Assembly: GCA_964019335.1 (NCBI GenBank)
Contig: OZ025653.1
Location: 806,001-870,000 of the forward strand
Direction of reading: 5' to 3'
Source of the DNA: Diplonema japonicum
Taxonomy: Eukaryota; Protista; Euglenozoa: Diplonemea
Length of the DNA: 64,000 bases
Positions 1-9,522 of the stretch are shown piece after piece. Both the position numbers and the translations under genes were made by a program. Below the pieces are notes generated by a model, which was not told the DNA's origin, ran no database searches, and worked only from the letters and a program-made list of their open reading frames with translations. Positions within the stretch are counted from its first letter, which is position 1; each line of letters begins with the position of its first letter.

Positions 1-141
1 CTTCCCAGGGTGACTTGACCTTATGTTATCAAAGCTAACCGGTGCCACTGGTCCATCACACGTCTTCACCAGCCCCTCGGTCCTCACGCCTTTCTCGAGG
101 TCCTTCGTCCCCATCTTGTCTTTTCCCAGACATGGCCCCAT
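1..141 (-). CDS. 5' part of a gene running off the window; N-terminus MGPCLGK suggests myristoylation/palmitoylation
   Basis: Open frame from ATG at 141 to the window edge (MGPCLGKDKMGTKDLEKGVRTEG...), preceded by a pyrimidine tract and AACAG acceptor on the minus strand; same strand as neighbours. Confidence 0.6.
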   Translation of the reverse strand, partial: MGPCLGKDKMGTKDLEKGVRTEGLVKTCDGPVAPVSFDNIRSSHPGK

Positions 142-251
142 TGTGACGTGTGCTGCTGTTAGAACATTGTCAGGTGTGCAAAAATGCAAGACTAAAAAAG
201 AAAAAGGGAAAAGAAAACAAATAAACAAATCTACAACAAGATCAACAGAGT

Positions 252-1325
252 CTATCTAGGTACGGTGGGAGGGGACATGGCCTTGGTCTGGGGATAGTTA
301 AGTGGGAGCTGGTGTGAGAGAGCGGAGCGGAGCGTGCTGAGCTGCTGCTCCATCATGTACACTTGCTGGAGGGCATCGCCGACGTTGCTTGGTCGTTGTG
401 GTTGTGGCTGAGTCTGGGTGCGGGTTGCGCGGTCACAGGCCCGTACCTGTGCCTGTGTCTGGGTTTGGTCCTGAGGCTGTGTTGACCTCGGCTCATATTG
501 TGGCTGTGGCGATGGCAGAGAAGAAACAGGAGGTGCACTGGTGTAGTAAGACTTCGCTGCTGACTTTGAAGGCGGGGGTGTGGGGACACCTCGTAAGTCG
601 TTCTGTGACGCATGTTTAGGAGTTGTGGGGGGTGAGTTGTGTGGTGGCGAAATACTTCCTGGACAGGGCCTAGGCGAAAGAAGCAACCCCTGCCTCGGTG
701 TACTAGGTGGGTTCCGCACTTTGCTAGTCACCGAAGGGCTATAAAGTGACCCTGCTGAGATGTCATCAGAAGGGCGTCTGGGCGGCGGCAGTCCTGCTGC
801 CCTCCATTTTCTCTCCGCGAGGCCTGCAGTGGAAGCAACCCAGATATCGCTCACTCTCTCGGAGTGTTCCAACACTAGCTGCACATTCCCGTTCACAACT
901 TCTGAATACTTCTCCATGACACGGTATGTTATGTACTTTTCTTCTGCTGCTGCTTGCTGGACGTCTGTTGCCTGCTCCTTGAGGATCTTCATCATACTCC
1001 GCATGCTAGCCTTCTCCGACACTGATGTGGGGCTCGTGCTACTGTACTTTTCTGGTTCTGAATCCCATCTGTGCTGCGTGTCTTTGTAGCTACTTTCGTA
1101 CAAGCTTTCCGAATGATGTGGGATTGATCCCGCACTCACTCCCCTGTAGCTGCCCTGTCCCATAGAAGCCAACAACTCTGCCGACATTGTAATACTGCTT
1201 ACTGAACTGGGTGGGGGCGCATCAGTTCTTGTCTTTGGGGATGCTCTCCAGAATGGTTCTCGTTCTCTCCGTCTGCTGGCGTCAACGAAGCCATCCCTCA
1301 GGGTGAGAGGGAAAGGTGTACTCAT
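252..1325 (-). CDS. Hypothetical Ser/Pro/Gln-rich protein (357 aa)
   Basis: Long ORF; CCCAG acceptor a few nt before the ATG; no recognisable domain. Confidence 0.75.
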   Translation of the reverse strand: MSTPFPLTLRDGFVDASRRREREPFWRASPKTRTDAPPPSSVSSITMSAELLASMGQGSYRGVSAGSIPHHSESLYESSYKDTQHRWDSEPEKYSSTSPTSVSEKASMRSMMKILKEQATDVQQAAAEEKYITYRVMEKYSEVVNGNVQLVLEHSERVSDIWVASTAGLAERKWRAAGLPPPRRPSDDISAGSLYSPSVTSKVRNPPSTPRQGLLLSPRPCPGSISPPHNSPPTTPKHASQNDLRGVPTPPPSKSAAKSYYTSAPPVSSLPSPQPQYEPRSTQPQDQTQTQAQVRACDRATRTQTQPQPQRPSNVGDALQQVYMMEQQLSTLRSALSHQLPLNYPQTKAMSPPTVPR

Positions 1326-1412
1326 GCCTGCCTGGGTGAGTAAATAAGTGGAAAAAAGTCTAAAATAACACTCGTGTTAAGACAAGCGATGCCTCTTCAG
1401 AAGAACAGACCA

Positions 1413-2462
1413 TCAGAACAAGGCAGTGGTAGCTTTTGTCCATCTTCTGGTTGGCCGCACGCTGCGAGATGCCATTTTTTCCCCTAACCATCTCGCGGAT
1501 TTCACATCGCCTGTCCTAGCGTAGACCTCAACAAGGGATGAATACAGTATGTTGCTATCGATGAGAGATAGCATTTCCGCTTCTTTGAAAGCGTCTGTTG
1601 CGTACGTTGAAAACTCGTCCCCCGGTTCTGTGCAGTGTGGAGCACACGAACGGATGAAGATATCGAATGTAGATTCATTGGGAAGGAGCTCGGCCTCGTA
1701 CAATTTTTTAAAATACTGTGCCACTTCGTTGAAGCTGTCCGCCACCTGTGCTGCGAGCATCAAGTTATTATAAATAGTGACATCTGCTCGTATTGTTGTG
1801 TTCCCGAGCAGTGTGTAGATGCCATCAATATCTCCAAGTAGAGCAAGAGCCCTGGTGGCAGCCCCTAGTAAAAGAGGGTCATTCAGTGTCCTGCCTCCAG
1901 CACGCTTCCACACCATCAGTACCTCATCCTTTGTAGTACAAGCACGTAGCCCTTGGTGGTCGAAGTAAGCGTTCTGTTCGTGCAGCATGTAGTACGGCAG
2001 TGCTTCGCGGCTCCGTATATCGCACAGTGTAGCCAACATAATGGAGTGGTGTGCCATGTCGACTTGCAAGCCCTCCCTTTCGATCTCTCCTAACAGGTCC
2101 AATGCTGCTATCACATTTCGCTCCTTTCGGCAAAAACTCAGTCTTGCACTAAATGTTCGTTTTGTCGGCCGGCACTTCTTTGTCACGATTAGGCTCTCCG
2201 CCATAGCACGCATCTGTGTGTCATTTCTCTTCGCAGCGGCAGCCAAAATGCCGTCCAACGTCTGTATCCCGATGGCACAGCCCTGGTTCAGCATCTGCTT
2301 CACTGCCTCTGTGTAGAGAGACCTACCCCTGCTGTCAGCGATGTGGCTTCCCGTCCGATTGTTGCTCCGCATGTACTTGGTGAAAACACTCTTCAGGTAT
2401 GCCGCACACTGGACATCGCCCCAGTGCGGTTGGATGGCGTGATGCCTCACGACGGGCCTCAT
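1413..2462 (-). CDS. Pentatricopeptide-repeat (PPR) protein, probably mitochondrial; likely start MRPVVRHH at 2462
   Basis: PPR-like units (ADVTIYNNLMLA, PNESTFDIFIRSC, ILYSSLVEVYARTGDVKSA, PTKRTFSARLSFC); CTGCAG acceptor 6 nt upstream of ATG 2462; the ORF-track extension to 2786 overlaps the upstream gene. Confidence 0.8.
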   Translation of the reverse strand: MRPVVRHHAIQPHWGDVQCAAYLKSVFTKYMRSNNRTGSHIADSRGRSLYTEAVKQMLNQGCAIGIQTLDGILAAAAKRNDTQMRAMAESLIVTKKCRPTKRTFSARLSFCRKERNVIAALDLLGEIEREGLQVDMAHHSIMLATLCDIRSREALPYYMLHEQNAYFDHQGLRACTTKDEVLMVWKRAGGRTLNDPLLLGAATRALALLGDIDGIYTLLGNTTIRADVTIYNNLMLAAQVADSFNEVAQYFKKLYEAELLPNESTFDIFIRSCAPHCTEPGDEFSTYATDAFKEAEMLSLIDSNILYSSLVEVYARTGDVKSARWLGEKMASRSVRPTRRWTKATTALF

Positions 2463-2464
2463 CG

Positions 2465-4687
2465 TCACCTGCAGATCGTGGTAGAGAGCAAAGATAGGGG
2501 GCAGTAAATGGTTAAGAACAGTATTTGGAAAAATACTAGATACCAGGCAATAGGAAAGTGTGTGCTTGCCGAGGAATAACAAGAAGTGGTGTAGGGTGGG
2601 TTGCGGTACGTTTTCAAGAAAGATGAAAAAGTGCGGTACCGCCACCAAAGAGGCTGGCAGTGCGGCAGTGGGGGTTCGTGACGCGCTGTCCACGCCAAGT
2701 AGGCAACAGGTTGGTATCGACAACGATAGTAGATCTTCTCCAGCCATGAGATGCATGGTGACATCCTTGTGCCTGTGCCTGAGCAAGTACCTGTCAGCCC
2801 AGTGCGCGCATCTTCTAAGCTACGTAGTAGAGCTTCTTTGTCGGGACATGTCCAGCCTATACAGATGGTCACAGAGAGAGAGGCATTATATGCCTTTTCA
2901 GCTTGTGTCACACGGTCGTATTTCCACTGCGGAATAACGCAATAGCTACCCGCAGGACAGTCGGCCGTCACCTTGCATTCCAACTCATGGTCGCTTGTGT
3001 ACTCAGAGAGGCAAGGATAGCCACAGTGCAGCTGATGCATCAAGTAGCTACAGACAGGCTCCACGTCAGGGGCGTATCCTTCGTAAGAAACGTTCAAAGC
3101 GTCAACCCTGCAGAGGCAAACGGAGTCTTCACGACATTCGCCACCGTCTCCCTCATAGAACACCAGGCTTCCAAACCTGTTTGGGGGGTTAAATGTACAG
3201 CCCTTTCTGAACTGGGCTCCTGCAAAGGAAATATTCGGAGTGGGCTTGTCTGTGTAGGAGTACCAAGGACCAGCGAGGACAGGGGCACTGTACAGCCAGG
3301 TCCCTTCCGTGCTGCTCGCGTACAGTCGCCACGTACTGCCGATGAGCACGATGTATGGTGTGTTTGCCACATGCCGGAAGAGAGTGTAACTCTGCTTTTT
3401 ATATACGCCTTTTATCATGTCTGTCACTGAGTCCACTACACGCAGGTCGAGTCGTATGTAGCTGTCCACGGGGGCTGTTTGCTCAGGGTGCACCACAGAG
3501 GCATGGACGTCGGACAAGCGCAGCGTGCGGGCACCTGTTTCACAGTCACCAGCTGACTCTATCTCGTGAAGACCATTCGATACACAGGTTCCTGCCATGA
3601 TCTTGACGTACCCAACAGAGGGATACCTGCAGTTGAATAGGTCTGTGAGACCCTCCGAGGCCACGCGGTACTGTTGTGACGTAAGCTCAGACAGATGTGA
3701 GCAGCAGCCTCGCTTTCTTTGCAGCATCAGTCCACAAGGTGCTTGAATGCCCGACATCTCACTGGAGTTCCACGTCAGCTTAGCCTCGAAGACTCCGACG
3801 TATGAGGTTGTGAAAGATTCCGTAGCCGAGTATATGGCGGTCGATGTGGCAGTGACCTGTACTGGTGGCTGGGAGGGGGGGTCGCTAGCTATGAAGGGGG
3901 AACAGATAGTGCGCCCTTGGTTGATATAGAACTCGCACCCCGTTGTGCATGCCGTGTGGCAGTTGTACGGGACATCTATCTCGAGTTTGCAGTTCTCATC
4001 GCACCCGTCGCCTGGTGACAGGTTGCCGTCGTCGCACTCTTCAGTGGTGGCCTTCTTGGCATCGCCGCACACAGGGCCCGTGCACGTGGTGAGGGATCCG
4101 ATTGTCATGCACTTGTAATCAGGTTCAACGATGCACTGCGCGGAGCAGCCGTCACCTGAGGCGATATTGAAATCATCACACTCTTCTGTGATGTGTTTGT
4201 TGCCGTCACCACAGCCGTTCAGAACGCAGGTCGAGATAAGAGTAGCAGGCGTGAGATGCGGCACGCCGTTGATGACGGCGGGGTAGCACAGCCACCCTGG
4301 CTCTACTGTGCATGTGTCCGAGCAGCCGTCGTTGTTGGTGGGGTTGCCGTCGTCGCACTCCTCTCCTTCTGCGACGCCCAGTTCGTTGTCCCCGCACACG
4401 TTGATCTGCAAGGTGGGTGTCACTTGGAAGGGTGCTGCGTTCATTGTCATTGGTGCCAACAGGGGTGGAAAGACAGGCGGCCACATGGGTACTGTTTGCA
4501 TCAGCTTCCTCCCACTAGTTTGAGCTGTGTCCCCCTTGTCCCAGGTCGGTTTGCGTTCCTTGTCTCCTTTCCATATCTCCTCATCGATAATCTCACACTG
4601 CCCCCCTTGACACAAAGCACTCCTGCTGAGATATGAATCATCGATGCAAATAAAGCCTACAGCAGCCACCACGACATGTACGTGCAT
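2465..4687 (-). CDS. Secreted/GPI-anchored Cys-rich protein with three Myxococcus cysteine-rich (DUF4215-like) repeats
   Basis: Three CGD...EECDD[GF]N...DGC...C..E repeats; hydrophobic N-terminus, RKLMQ propeptide-like site, hydrophobic C-terminus after SSAS; ACACAG acceptor directly before the ATG. Confidence 0.8.
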   Translation of the reverse strand: MHVHVVVAAVGFICIDDSYLSRSALCQGGQCEIIDEEIWKGDKERKPTWDKGDTAQTSGRKLMQTVPMWPPVFPPLLAPMTMNAAPFQVTPTLQINVCGDNELGVAEGEECDDGNPTNNDGCSDTCTVEPGWLCYPAVINGVPHLTPATLISTCVLNGCGDGNKHITEECDDFNIASGDGCSAQCIVEPDYKCMTIGSLTTCTGPVCGDAKKATTEECDDGNLSPGDGCDENCKLEIDVPYNCHTACTTGCEFYINQGRTICSPFIASDPPSQPPVQVTATSTAIYSATESFTTSYVGVFEAKLTWNSSEMSGIQAPCGLMLQRKRGCCSHLSELTSQQYRVASEGLTDLFNCRYPSVGYVKIMAGTCVSNGLHEIESAGDCETGARTLRLSDVHASVVHPEQTAPVDSYIRLDLRVVDSVTDMIKGVYKKQSYTLFRHVANTPYIVLIGSTWRLYASSTEGTWLYSAPVLAGPWYSYTDKPTPNISFAGAQFRKGCTFNPPNRFGSLVFYEGDGGECREDSVCLCRVDALNVSYEGYAPDVEPVCSYLMHQLHCGYPCLSEYTSDHELECKVTADCPAGSYCVIPQWKYDRVTQAEKAYNASLSVTICIGWTCPDKEALLRSLEDARTGLTGTCSGTGTRMSPCISWLEKIYYRCRYQPVAYLAWTARHEPPLPHCQPLWWRYRTFSSFLKTYRNPPYTTSCYSSASTHFPIAWYLVFFQILFLTIYCPLSLLSTTICR

Positions 4688-5383
4688 CCTGTGTGCGTGC
4701 TGACCGTGGCAGGAAAAGGGAGGATGACATGCAAATTTGTTAACGGAAATGAAAAGGGGAGTGGGGGGACATATGTGGGATAAAAGAGGGTGCTTCTTCT
4801 TATCGCTGTTGTTTTGTTTTGTTTCTCTCTCTTTCTCTCCTTTTGTTTTTCTTTTGCTTCACTTTTTCGGGGTTTTTTTTTTTTACTCGCCACTTTTTTG
4901 CAATCCCCCCCCCCCCCCATTTTCATCTCGAAGAAGGTAGCTGCATACAAGTGGAGCGAGTAGTTTTACCCGCATTTTATTTCTTTTTTGTTTCTCTTCT
5001 CTTTTTCCCGGCATTTTTTCTCCTTCTTGTTGATGAACATAGAAACAGGAGGGCCATCCGCAGTCCAGTGGCATATGTGGTTGGCAATATAAAAAAAGGG
5101 GGGAGGGGGAGGGGGAAAGGAGAAATCGGAAGGGAAAAAAAGAAGCCACACCAGAGCAGGTGAGAAGAGGGTACTCACCACTGGGATCGAATAGAGAACT
5201 GATAATGCCTTAGCCTGAAGATGAGTCCCTCCCTTTTCTAGCGGTCCTGGGGTTCAAAAAAGACGGGGAAGAGAAGGGAGATGCTTGTGTATGGCTCGCT
5301 ATTGATTAGCCCAGCCAGAGGGGGTAAGCTACATTTTTTTTTCTTCCTTTCTTTTTATTTTTAGTTTTCTTCCTTTATTTATT

Positions 5384-5418
<35 letters not shown>

Positions 5419-5743
5419 AATTGACACAGCTACAAAAAAAAAATACTGTAAAAACAAGAAAAAACTAATCCGGACAGACAACCTCCTTCCGAGAAAGAAG
5501 TTTTTCTTTTCCTTAAGGACTCGTAAGTCTGGAGCCGCACGGATTGACCCTTTTGGTAACATCAGCTTACTGTTGGAGGATTAACAGGGCCCAGACGTTA
5601 GTCTTGTCCTTTGGCATTTTCCCCTCCCCCCCCTTTTTTTTTACAGCAAAATACATGACCCAAACAAAAAATGGGACGGAAGGCTCTCTCCCACCTGCCC
5701 ATCCTTTCTTCCCTCAATGGCAGTTGCTCTCTTTCAACGAAAA

Positions 5744-5774
<31 letters not shown>

Positions 5775-5778
<4 letters not shown>

Positions 5779-5815
5779 ACATTTAAGGGTACCTGCGGTA
5801 TGTGGCAGGACGCCT
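5775..5815. repeat. 41-bp dispersed repeat end with hairpin next to a poly(A) tract; inverted copy at 20825-20865
   Basis: agagacatttaagggtacctgcggtatgtggcaggacgcct matches the reverse complement of 20825-20865 except at its two CpGs. Confidence 0.8.
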
Positions 5816-7425
5816 ATAAATCGAAAAGTAAAAGACCAAACCCCGACACAGCTCCTCGAGGGGGAGGGGGGAGGGGATCTCTCGACAAATTATATAACGT
5901 GTGTGAACCCACTGTTGTTCCTATTTATATGTTGCAATCGCCATTCTTCTGCGCTGGTGGCCGATCTTCGTCTCTAATAATGTTGGTTGGCACTCTAGAG
6001 CTTCTGTAAGTTTTCCTGTCATAAGAAGAAAGGTGGTATTCACAGCGAAAAAATAATTTAAAAAGGGGGAAAAAAAACACGGTTCACGGCGACCAATTTT
6101 CGCAACACTTGCAAGGGCGCAACACTTGCTTGGCTTCGAGCTCCTCGTCTTTTGTTGGAATGGTTAGCTTCTCTTTTATGTTCGCCACGCCATTTCATGA
6201 CAAGCCCCAAAAGGCACACAAATGGTCGAGGTCATAGTAGTGCAGTATGGTCGGAATTAAAGCTATAAGTTGAAAGCTGAAGGAAATGTTTTTTTTTTCC
6301 TTCTTTTATTACCGTGACAGGTGCTTCTCCAAACAATAAAAAATGGAAACGAGTTTGTTTCTATAGAAGGGAGGGTGGAGCCCTAAGTCCTTTTTTTTTT
6401 TTTGCCACCTCACTGCTTTGTCATGGGTCTTGGAAAGCGAAGAGTCAACGCAGGGCCGCAATAAGAATTTTTTTTCTGAAACTTTTTTTTTCTTCTTTTA
6501 TTCTTTTTGGCACCCTCTCCTTTTTTTTTCCCCCCCCTCTTCTCTCCATCACGATATCAAGAATAGTGTGGGGTATTTTTGGTTTTCTTTTTTTTTTTCT
6601 CCTTGCTCTCTGCTTTTTTTCTTCTTGGCCGCGTGTTGGCGTTAGCAACCGAAATACCTTCTTGAAGAAAAAAAGAATTCACTATGATAGGAACGAAGTG
6701 GTTAGCAACGGCCCGCAAAGAAAGAAAGAAAGAAAGAAGAGGGTCAGAAAAAGGCGTAAGAAAAGTGCCACTGTCTAAGGATAGGTAACACCTGGCGAGT
6801 GAGTCAGGAAGGAACGAGAAACGGTGGGGGGAAAAGAAAGAAACAGTATTTTCGAATGTTACTCTGTTTTTTTTTTATTATTATTCCTATTACATTTTAT
6901 TCCTATTTTGTTCTTTCTTTTTCGACCCGGTGCCCTGTTGCACATTTTTAAACTCGTCATTTCCCTTAATGAAAGGGGCCTGAATGAGTGGTAATGTTGT
7001 AATAAGAGGATAGGATCGTTGGTATGACCTCTACGTTTTGATTCCCTCCCCTCCCTCCCCTGTGCCATCTTTCCTTCCCATCCAATAAGAATCAATGGAA
7101 GTATGTCACGATCTTATATCTGGTTAGATATCCTTAAAAGGGACAAAAGAATCTTTTTTTAAATTTTTTTGCAGTGCCCTCCTTTCCTCTTAAAAAAAAC
7201 TGCCGTCGAGCTTACACCCCTCCCCTGCTCTGCCCTCCCTTTGAGAGCGAAACCTCGTGTATCTTTCGCGCAAGAAAAAAAAGAAGAAAAGAAAAGTGAA
7301 ACATAAGTTCACAGTACTTTTTTTTCCCCCTTCTTCTTTAGAATAGAGCAACTGCACCCACATTGTTCCCGCACGTGGCCTCGAGAGAGTGGAGACAATG
7401 AAAGAAAGGAGGAGAAGAGGGTGGG

Positions 7426-8027
7426 GGGGGTCATATTAGCCTTAAAAACGTCGATGAAGTCACTTTTTTCAGTTTGCCAAAAAAGGGGGTTCTATGTGTT
7501 TTCGGCCAGACAATCGGGTTCATAGGCCCAAAAAAAATAGGTTTTCGCGTAGTTTTAGCCACTTTTTGATGCTTTATTCTGGCCAGAATAAAGCATCAAA
7601 AAGTGGCTAAAACTACGCGAATCAGCAACCTTTAAAAAATTGCCCGCATGGGGTTCCGGGTGGACCTACTCTCACCCCTGTGCCCTATGGTTTTGAGAAA
7701 ATTTCAATTTTTTTTTTCCATACACTCCAACACATGCCAAGAGCCGTGTATATTCCCCGCAACCACCCGTCGGGAAAGAAGAGATCATCTTCAAGGGAGA
7801 ATGGGGTGGATCGTCCCCATATTCTCTACCAGGAGCCTTTTCTTGAACTAAACCGGAACCACATGCAAGCAAAAAAAAAGGTTTTTTTTTTGATTTCATA
7901 GTTTAAAGGCAAATAAAGTGCCAAACACCGGTACCCAGAATCCCGTTTTTCACCTTTTATTAGGCTGTTAGACACATTCTTTGGCAAAACTGAAAAAAGG
8001 TGACATTATCGACCACATATGACCCCC
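7426..8027. mobile_element. Putative MITE with imperfect TIRs (GGGGGTCATAT...ATATGACCCCC)
   Basis: Terminal 11-bp inverted match plus subterminal inverted match gtcgatgaagtcacttttttcagtttgcc (7450-) / ggcaaaactgaaaaaaggtgacattatcgac (7983-8013); no clear TSD. Confidence 0.6.
7544..7621. repeat. Perfect 78-bp spacerless palindrome
   Basis: ttcgcgtagttttagccactttttgatgctttattctgg|ccagaataaagcatcaaaaagtggctaaaactacgcgaa, centre 7582/7583. Confidence 0.97.
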
Positions 8028-8189
8028 CAGGGCTATGTTGGCAAAGGAAACGCGTTTCTTTTTTTTTTTTTTTTTTTGCAAATAAGGAAACGGAAACGTT
8101 TCCTTATTTTGGGGCCGTTTCCTTAAGTATCTGAAAAATAGGGAAACGGATATGGAAACGTTGCCCCCATTCTTGCCAACATAGCCCTG
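8028..8189. mobile_element. 162-bp MITE with 17-bp TIR CAGGGCTATGTTGGCAA (hAT-like ends)
   Basis: Perfect TIRs 8028-8044 / 8173-8189; internal GGAAACG repeats resembling transposase-binding subterminal motifs. Confidence 0.85.
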
Positions 8190-8729
8190 GAGTGGGGGGG
8201 GGGGGGGGGGGGGACAAAGGGAGATATGCGCCAATAGAAAGGAGGCGAAGGAAGGTTGTGGGCACAGTCCCGATCAGAATGAAGGGTGGGAGGAGAAAGA
8301 GAACCAACGCATCGCCACGAGGTAAAAAGAAAAGGAGAATAGGGAGGGGGAACTTCCAAAATAAAAAAAAGAAGAAGAAAAATTGATATACCGAAACCGA
8401 GAGTACATGGCAGGGGGAAGGAGGGGGATAAAGAAATGGGCAGAGGGGAAGTATAAAAATATAAATAAAATAAAAACTGATAAGAAACAACCCGTTGCTG
8501 CTGTTGGGGTGTAGCCTTCCCAAGCACCACTGCTACCTTGCCGCGTAAAATCTTCTACGCGGGCCTCTCCTGCATCGTGGCCGGTGAGAGCAACTACGGC
8601 AATGCGGCCGTTAGCCGTAGAAGGACAAGCGCCGTGCCGCGCAAGACATGAGGACAAACGAAGAGGCAAACTCTAGCAAAATAAGAAAAGCAAAAACAAA
8701 AACCGGGCGAGGTTGAACCTGAGCAAGCT

Positions 8730-9425
8730 CTAGCCAGGCGCGTCGCCCATGAAGATGTCTTCGTCTTCGGCGCTACCTTCGTCCCCCTCTCCCTCTCCCT
8801 CTCCCTCTCCCTCCCCTTCGTCATCTGTGTCCATGTCCTCATCGTCCGTACCCTGCTGTGTGGTGTTATGTGAATAAATGTCATCGCACACCTCTTCTAT
8901 CAGTTTTTCAGCCATCAACACATATTTCTGGCTTTGCCCCACGATGGGCCCGTACTGCATGCTGATCTGGTGGATGTACTTGCAAAACTCATCCAAACCA
9001 ACATGCAAGTCAAAGTCAAGCAGCACCAGGAAGCGCAACTCCAAGTAGTTCAGCTCCGAAAGTCGTATCCCCGCAACACTGCTGTAGTACTTATTACTAT
9101 AATAGCAGTCATCACGCATTTTCGCAGACACCACGACGGCAGTGGCAAGCAGACGGTGCACGTTGAAGGAGGTGAGGTACAGGCCAGGGTGCCTGTTTAT
9201 GAGACGGTCTATTAGGATCACTGATATTACGTAGCATTCATCAGATGTAAAGAAATATTTATCTAACCTTGCAAAATATTTTTTAATCGAAATCACAGGC
9301 GCCTGGTACGCCTCAAACACCGAGACCCCCGTCCCTCTGCTTGAGGGCAGTGCCTGGTCGTTCCGACTCGTGAACTCAGTCAGCATTGTGGACAGCACGT
9401 CCAGCATGTTCCCATCTCCAGGCAT
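8730..9425 (-). CDS. PHO80-like / U-type cyclin with acidic C-terminal tail
   Basis: APVISIKKYFARLDKY, NVHRLLATAVVVSAKMRDDCYYSNKYYSSVAGI..ELNYLELRFL..LDFDL are typical PHO80/CYC2 cyclin-box motifs. Confidence 0.92.
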   Translation of the reverse strand: MPGDGNMLDVLSTMLTEFTSRNDQALPSSRGTGVSVFEAYQAPVISIKKYFARLDKYFFTSDECYVISVILIDRLINRHPGLYLTSFNVHRLLATAVVVSAKMRDDCYYSNKYYSSVAGIRLSELNYLELRFLVLLDFDLHVGLDEFCKYIHQISMQYGPIVGQSQKYVLMAEKLIEEVCDDIYSHNTTQQGTDDEDMDTDDEGEGEGEGEGEGDEGSAEDEDIFMGDAPG

Positions 9426-9522
9426 GTTCCTTCCCCCCCACCCCTCCTACCTACCTGTGATGCGGTATGCAGCTGCTATGAAGGTAGACAAACATTTATT
9501 TGGTGTAAATGAACATAACGCA

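Noticed and set aside
2463-2786. 108-codon N-terminal extension of the PPR ORF (dual coding)
   Set aside because: Starts at a non-ATG codon, overlaps the plausible C-terminus of the upstream protein, and has an acceptor just before ATG 2462.
4700-8700. Numerous Phe/Lys-rich ORFs here and at 12.5-14.9 kb
   Set aside because: Translations of poly(A)/poly(T) tracts in UTR or intergenic DNA; no coding signal.
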